Of a DNA stretch of 32,000 nt, positions 28,369 to 32,000 are shown in pieces. A program made the translations under genes and the position numbers. The notes under the pieces were generated by a model, which was not told the DNA's origin, did no database searches, and saw nothing but the letters and a program-made list of their open reading frames with translations. Within the stretch, counting starts at the first letter, position 1, and the number at the start of each line of letters is the position of its first letter. Source of the DNA: Vibrio cholerae ATCC 14035 (GTDB lineage Bacteria > Pseudomonadota > Gammaproteobacteria > Enterobacterales > Vibrionaceae); the NCBI RefSeq assembly GCF_000621645.1, contig NZ_JHXR01000015.1:60001-92000 (forward strand). Direction: 5' to 3'.

Positions 28369-29298
28369 TTATTTCTTATCGATCTCTTCATAGACTAAAT
28401 TTTTGATCTCTTGCCTCACCCACTGATGAATCGGGCTACTGTGATGAATAAGATGCCAAAATTGTTCCACTCGAAAATCGGCAGTATAGAAAGGTAAATC
28501 AGCCACGGTTATCTCATAACGCTGGCCTAAGTGAGTCACCAAACGTCTTGGTAAGGTGGCAATCAGATCGGTGTTGATCAGTAACTCCGGCACCATCGAA
28601 AAATGTGGCAACGATGCCACCACTTCGCGCTGATAATTGAGCTTTTTCAGCTCATGATCCATATCCGTTTTTCCTAAACCATTACCGGAAATGATCACAT
28701 GTCGACTCTGGCAATAACTCTCCAGTGTTATCGGTTGATTGGCTAATGGATGGTTTCTACACATGACCACAGCATAGTTGTCATTAAATAAACGCTGCTT
28801 AAACACATTGGTGGGTGACTCATCAGTGGAATACAGCAGTAAATCCGCCACCTTTTCCAAGTAATCATGCAGCGGCATATAGGCGTTATACGGTACGATT
28901 TGTAACTTCAAATTAGGGGCACGTTGTTGAAAACGCGCCAACAATTTCGGCACAATCATCATCATCTCGAAATCCAATGCACCAATAGTGAACACACCGG
29001 AATAGTGCATTGGGTCAAACTTGTCATCTACCAACATGTGTCGAATGGTATTGAGCGTTCTCTCCAGTTCACTGCAGAGGCGCTCACCTTTTGCGGTTAA
29101 TCGGTACTCATTTTTTACTTTCACCAGCAGTGGATCACCAAATTGTTCACGCAAACGCATGAGGGCTCGACTGACGGCGGGTTGGCTCATATTCAATGCT
29201 TGTGCGGCTTGGCTAATATGCTTATGAATCAATAACTTTTCTAAAATCGTTAATAAATTTAAATCAATGCTGCGCAAATTGATTTCGGGGGCGACCAT
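28369..29298 (-). CDS. varR: LysR-type transcriptional regulator, divergent from the MBL-fold gene
   Basis: 309 aa with the N-terminal HTH ISQAAQALNMSQPAVSRALMRLRE and a LysR substrate-binding domain. The symbol comes from my recollection of the V. cholerae var locus next to katG and is not verified. Confidence 0.8.
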   Translation of the reverse strand: MVAPEINLRSIDLNLLTILEKLLIHKHISQAAQALNMSQPAVSRALMRLREQFGDPLLVKVKNEYRLTAKGERLCSELERTLNTIRHMLVDDKFDPMHYSGVFTIGALDFEMMMIVPKLLARFQQRAPNLKLQIVPYNAYMPLHDYLEKVADLLLYSTDESPTNVFKQRLFNDNYAVVMCRNHPLANQPITLESYCQSRHVIISGNGLGKTDMDHELKKLNYQREVVASLPHFSMVPELLINTDLIATLPRRLVTHLGQRYEITVADLPFYTADFRVEQFWHLIHHSSPIHQWVRQEIKNLVYEEIDKK

Positions 29299-29409
29299 CT
29301 CATCACCTAATAATTTCGTGCGTAAATGATATACATACTATAACAAGCATGCATTTTTGATATGTTTGTTTCTCATTTATCTTTTCCCCACCTGATTGAG
29401 GAGAGAAAA

Positions 29410-30534
29410 ATGAAACTATCCACCTTAGCTTTAGCCCCTATTACTGCAGCACTACTTACTTTTAATGCAAGTGCTAAAGGCCATGACCACGACAATCAAC
29501 GCGCGATTTTTTTCCCTGGTGAAACTGTTCAAGACACTGTGAAAGTCGAAGTTGAGCCTTCTGCGACTCAGTCTCTGAAACTGGGACAAAAAATTAATAA
29601 TCTGTATGAGCGCCAGTTTGATAACAGCCAAGCCACCGTTCAAAAATTGGGCAAGAATACCTACTGGATAGGGGTCAATTATTACAACGCTACCGTTGTG
29701 GTTAACGAAGACTCTGTCTTGCTGATTGACCCACTAGGCGATGGTCGTATTGATGCGCTTTTTAAAGGGGTGCAATCCATCACGAATAAACCGATCACTA
29801 CGATTATGTATTCTCACTACCACTTAGATCATTTAGGTGGTGGCAACCAACTGGTTGACTTAATTAAGAAAAATTATCCAAAAGTAGATAAAATCCGCGT
29901 TATTGCTAGCCAAACCGTTGCGGACAAGATCAACCAACACGCCGAAGTAGGCGAAAACGGTGTGAAAACCCCGAAAGTTCCAGCGCCGAATGACATATAC
30001 GACCTGACGAAGCCTCAAACGGTTCAATTTGGCTCAATGAAAATCAAGATGATGGCACCAAAAGGCTCTGGCCATACACCTGATAACACCATGATTCTGA
30101 TCCCAAGCGATCGCGTGTTGCATTTCGCGGACATGATTAATCCCGATCAACTACCGTTTTACAATTTCGCGGGAGCAGAACATTTCCACGGTTACGAAGA
30201 AGATCTACAAAGCCTTCTGAGCAAACCGCTGAGCAAACAGTGGGACTTTATTAACGGTGGCCATGGCAATATAGGTTCGAAACAGGATGTAAAAGATCTG
30301 CTTGAGTATATTGCGGACATCAGAACTGAAGTGGGCAAGCAGCTAGAAGTCGCCCCCTACACTCCAGTGTTGAGTGACGGTAACCACTTTGTTTGGTTCA
30401 AACGCTGGCAAGATGAGATCACTAACAATGTACATACCGCACTGGTAAACAAGTATGGCCACATGTACGGTTTCGATTCAGGCGTGGTTGAAACACACGC
30501 GGCAATGATTCTCGCAGATATGATTGATCACTAA
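29410..30534 (+). CDS. varG: Secreted metallo-beta-lactamase-fold hydrolase
   Basis: Track ORF from 29362, trimmed to ATG 29410 (GAGGAG upstream). It has a signal peptide (ALLTFNASA/KG) and the HxHxDH zinc motif in SHYHLDHLGG. The symbol is from memory only. Confidence 0.75.
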   Translation: MKLSTLALAPITAALLTFNASAKGHDHDNQRAIFFPGETVQDTVKVEVEPSATQSLKLGQKINNLYERQFDNSQATVQKLGKNTYWIGVNYYNATVVVNEDSVLLIDPLGDGRIDALFKGVQSITNKPITTIMYSHYHLDHLGGGNQLVDLIKKNYPKVDKIRVIASQTVADKINQHAEVGENGVKTPKVPAPNDIYDLTKPQTVQFGSMKIKMMAPKGSGHTPDNTMILIPSDRVLHFADMINPDQLPFYNFAGAEHFHGYEEDLQSLLSKPLSKQWDFINGGHGNIGSKQDVKDLLEYIADIRTEVGKQLEVAPYTPVLSDGNHFVWFKRWQDEITNNVHTALVNKYGHMYGFDSGVVETHAAMILADMIDH

Positions 30535-30572
30535 TTAGACGACCTTCTCTATCTCTTCTATTCTCACGGACT

Positions 30573-30610
30573 AAGCCCTGTTCATACAGCATGGACAGGG
30601 CTTTTTATTT
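30573..30610 (+). terminator. Rho-independent terminator after the MBL-fold gene
   Basis: AAGCCCTGT (30573-30581) pairs with ACAGGGCTT (30595-30603). Inner CAT/ATG pairs extend the stem, and TTTTTATTT follows. Confidence 0.8.
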
Positions 30611-30710
30611 TTCCCTTCGCATGTTAAAAAACAACGTTTTTTTGAACTTTCCTTATCATCCTTAGTCTGAATCCCGTCTCTAATTGATTGATGAAATAAA
30701 TGAGTTTTTT

Positions 30711-31844
30711 ATGGCAAAACGTTGGACACTTCTTGCAACCTTAGTAGGTGTTGGCTTGGCAGGTGGTTATTACACTCTCACTTATACCCCTGAGTCTTCA
30801 TCCCCATTACCGACCCTCAACGTCAGCCGGGGAACAATAGAGAAACAGGCGGTCGCGGTTGGTCAAATCATGCCTTCACATTCGGTGGCAATTAAATCGC
30901 AAATCAACGGTATTGTCGGTGAAATTTATGTGCGTGAAGGGCAACATGTTGAGCAAGGACAACCCTTGATTAAGGTTCGTCCGAATCCAACACCACAGGC
31001 GTTGACCGATGCCTCCACAGAACTGATGCAAAGTGAAGCAAATCTTGAATCAGACTTACAACGCTTAGCCAACCTTGAGCGCTTAGTGAAACAGCAAATC
31101 ATTCCTGCCAATTATGATGATTACGTCCGCGCGAAAGCCGACGTCAAAGCTAAGCAAGCCGAAGTGCAGCAAAAACGCCAAAACCTAGAGTTGATCCGCA
31201 GCGGTGAAGCTTCGATTGGGCAAGCCAAGCTCTCCTCTACTCTATATGCCCCGATCAGTGGCACGATTTTAAATATCAAAGTCGAGGTCGGAGAGCCGAT
31301 CATCTCTACCGAGTCGAGCCAAGCGGCAACAGAAATGATCCAGTTAGCGGATATGAAAAATATCGTGTTTAAAGGCAGTGTCAGTGAACATGATGCTGCG
31401 CAGCTGAATGCCGGCATGCCCGCCAGTATTACCGTTGCCCCCTACCCTGAGCAGGTGATCAATGGTCAGTTGACCAAAGTCGCGATTCAATCGGAGCGCT
31501 TAAATAATCCTGAAAACAAAGATGGCAAAAGTTTTGATAACGGATTTCAAGTCGAAATCGGACAATTAGACATCCCTGAAAACATGACATTACGTTCTGG
31601 ATTCTCTGCCAGCGCAAAAATCACCTTACAACGTGCCGCGGATGTTATTACCCTTCCGGAGCGCGCATTACAGTTTGAGGGCGAAACGCCCATGGTGCTG
31701 ATTGCGGATGGCTCTGCACAAGGCTATACCGCTCATCCGGTCAAGCTTGGGCTTTCTGACGGCGTACAGGTTGAGATCTTAGAAGGCGTAGCCGAAAAAG
31801 ACAGCATAGTGGATAACAGCATGCTGGGAGGCCAGCATGAATAA
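30711..31844 (+). CDS. varA: HlyD/MacA-type periplasmic adaptor (membrane fusion protein) of a tripartite efflux pump
   Basis: Track ORF from TTG 30684, trimmed to ATG 30711 (MAKRWTLLATLVGVGLAGG TM anchor). It has biotinyl-lipoyl-like, coiled-coil (SEANLESDLQRLANLERL) and beta-barrel segments. The symbol is from memory. Confidence 0.75.
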   Translation: MAKRWTLLATLVGVGLAGGYYTLTYTPESSSPLPTLNVSRGTIEKQAVAVGQIMPSHSVAIKSQINGIVGEIYVREGQHVEQGQPLIKVRPNPTPQALTDASTELMQSEANLESDLQRLANLERLVKQQIIPANYDDYVRAKADVKAKQAEVQQKRQNLELIRSGEASIGQAKLSSTLYAPISGTILNIKVEVGEPIISTESSQAATEMIQLADMKNIVFKGSVSEHDAAQLNAGMPASITVAPYPEQVINGQLTKVAIQSERLNNPENKDGKSFDNGFQVEIGQLDIPENMTLRSGFSASAKITLQRAADVITLPERALQFEGETPMVLIADGSAQGYTAHPVKLGLSDGVQVEILEGVAEKDSIVDNSMLGGQHE

Positions 31845-32000
31845 GGGCTTTCTCACCGCGTGTGTACTGACTAGCCTGATGGCATCTTCTTCTGCTTTAG
31901 CGCTCTCCATCGAGCAAGCGTGGCAGCAAGCCAAACAACAGTCACCCGATGCACACATTGCCGAACTCTCGGTGCAGCTCAGCGTGCAAGATAAGTATCT
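31837..32000 (+). CDS. TolC-family outer membrane efflux protein (5' end only; runs off the window)
   Basis: ATG 31837 overlaps the adaptor stop by 8 nt (ATGAATAA). Translation gives MNKGFLTACVLTSLMASSSALA/LSIEQAWQQAKQQSPD..., a signal peptide followed by the typical TolC/OprM N-terminal helix. It is not in the ORF track because there is no stop within the window. Confidence 0.65.
   Translation, partial: MNKGFLTACVLTSLMASSSALALSIEQAWQQAKQQSPDAHIAELSVQLSVQDKY

Noticed and set aside
29299-29409. Looked for a LysR T-N11-A box or inverted repeat in the varR-varG divergent region (TGATAT appears twice, GCATGC is central).
   Set aside because: Several weak AT-rich candidates exist but none is clearly symmetric, so I cannot support a specific site from sequence alone.

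Overview
This window reads as conserved core chromosome of a Vibrio. The NorM, KatG, TonB2 and Ugp proteins look like Vibrio cholerae chromosome I. From memory it is roughly the N16961 VC1532-VC1564 neighbourhood, which I cannot verify without a search. Gene order, left to right: nagK (partial), tapT-like DTW protein, fatty-acid hydroxylase, a chemoreceptor, nlpC, a small acidic hypothetical, a fructosamine-kinase-family gene, a CPXCG zinc-ribbon gene, norM, a lipoprotein and a signal-peptide-bearing minimal ATP-dependent DNA ligase (Lig E type). Next comes the six-gene TonB2 operon (ttpB-ttpC-exbB2-exbD2-tonB2-ttpD), then ugpBAEC plus a DeoR regulator and ugpQ. These are followed by a yhcH/ridA pair, a LacI-family regulator with bglA, katG, and a LysR / metallo-beta-lactamase-fold / HlyD / TolC locus that I recall as varR-varG-varA. 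I see no tRNA, rRNA, CRISPR array, transposase, integrase, phage gene or recognisable defence gene. I cannot honestly support a previously undescribed multi-gene system here. The unexplained signals are all non-coding or regulatory. (1) A 40-nt near-perfect hairpin buries the ribosome-binding site of the periplasmic ligase gene. (2) A family of ERIC-like imperfect-palindrome repeats is present as two full copies, one roughly 42-bp collapsed form and one end fragment. (3) An 11-bp-phased Pho-box array lies upstream of ugpB, back to back with a Fur-box promoter for TonB2. (4) A 27-bp palindromic double LacI-type operator overlaps the bglA -35 element. (5) The katG leader carries a duplicated 12-mer inside two tiny ORFs. 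(6) Intrinsic terminators lie inside or across the 3' ends of coding regions. Several track ORFs have 5' extensions that I trimmed to starts with better Shine-Dalgarno support.
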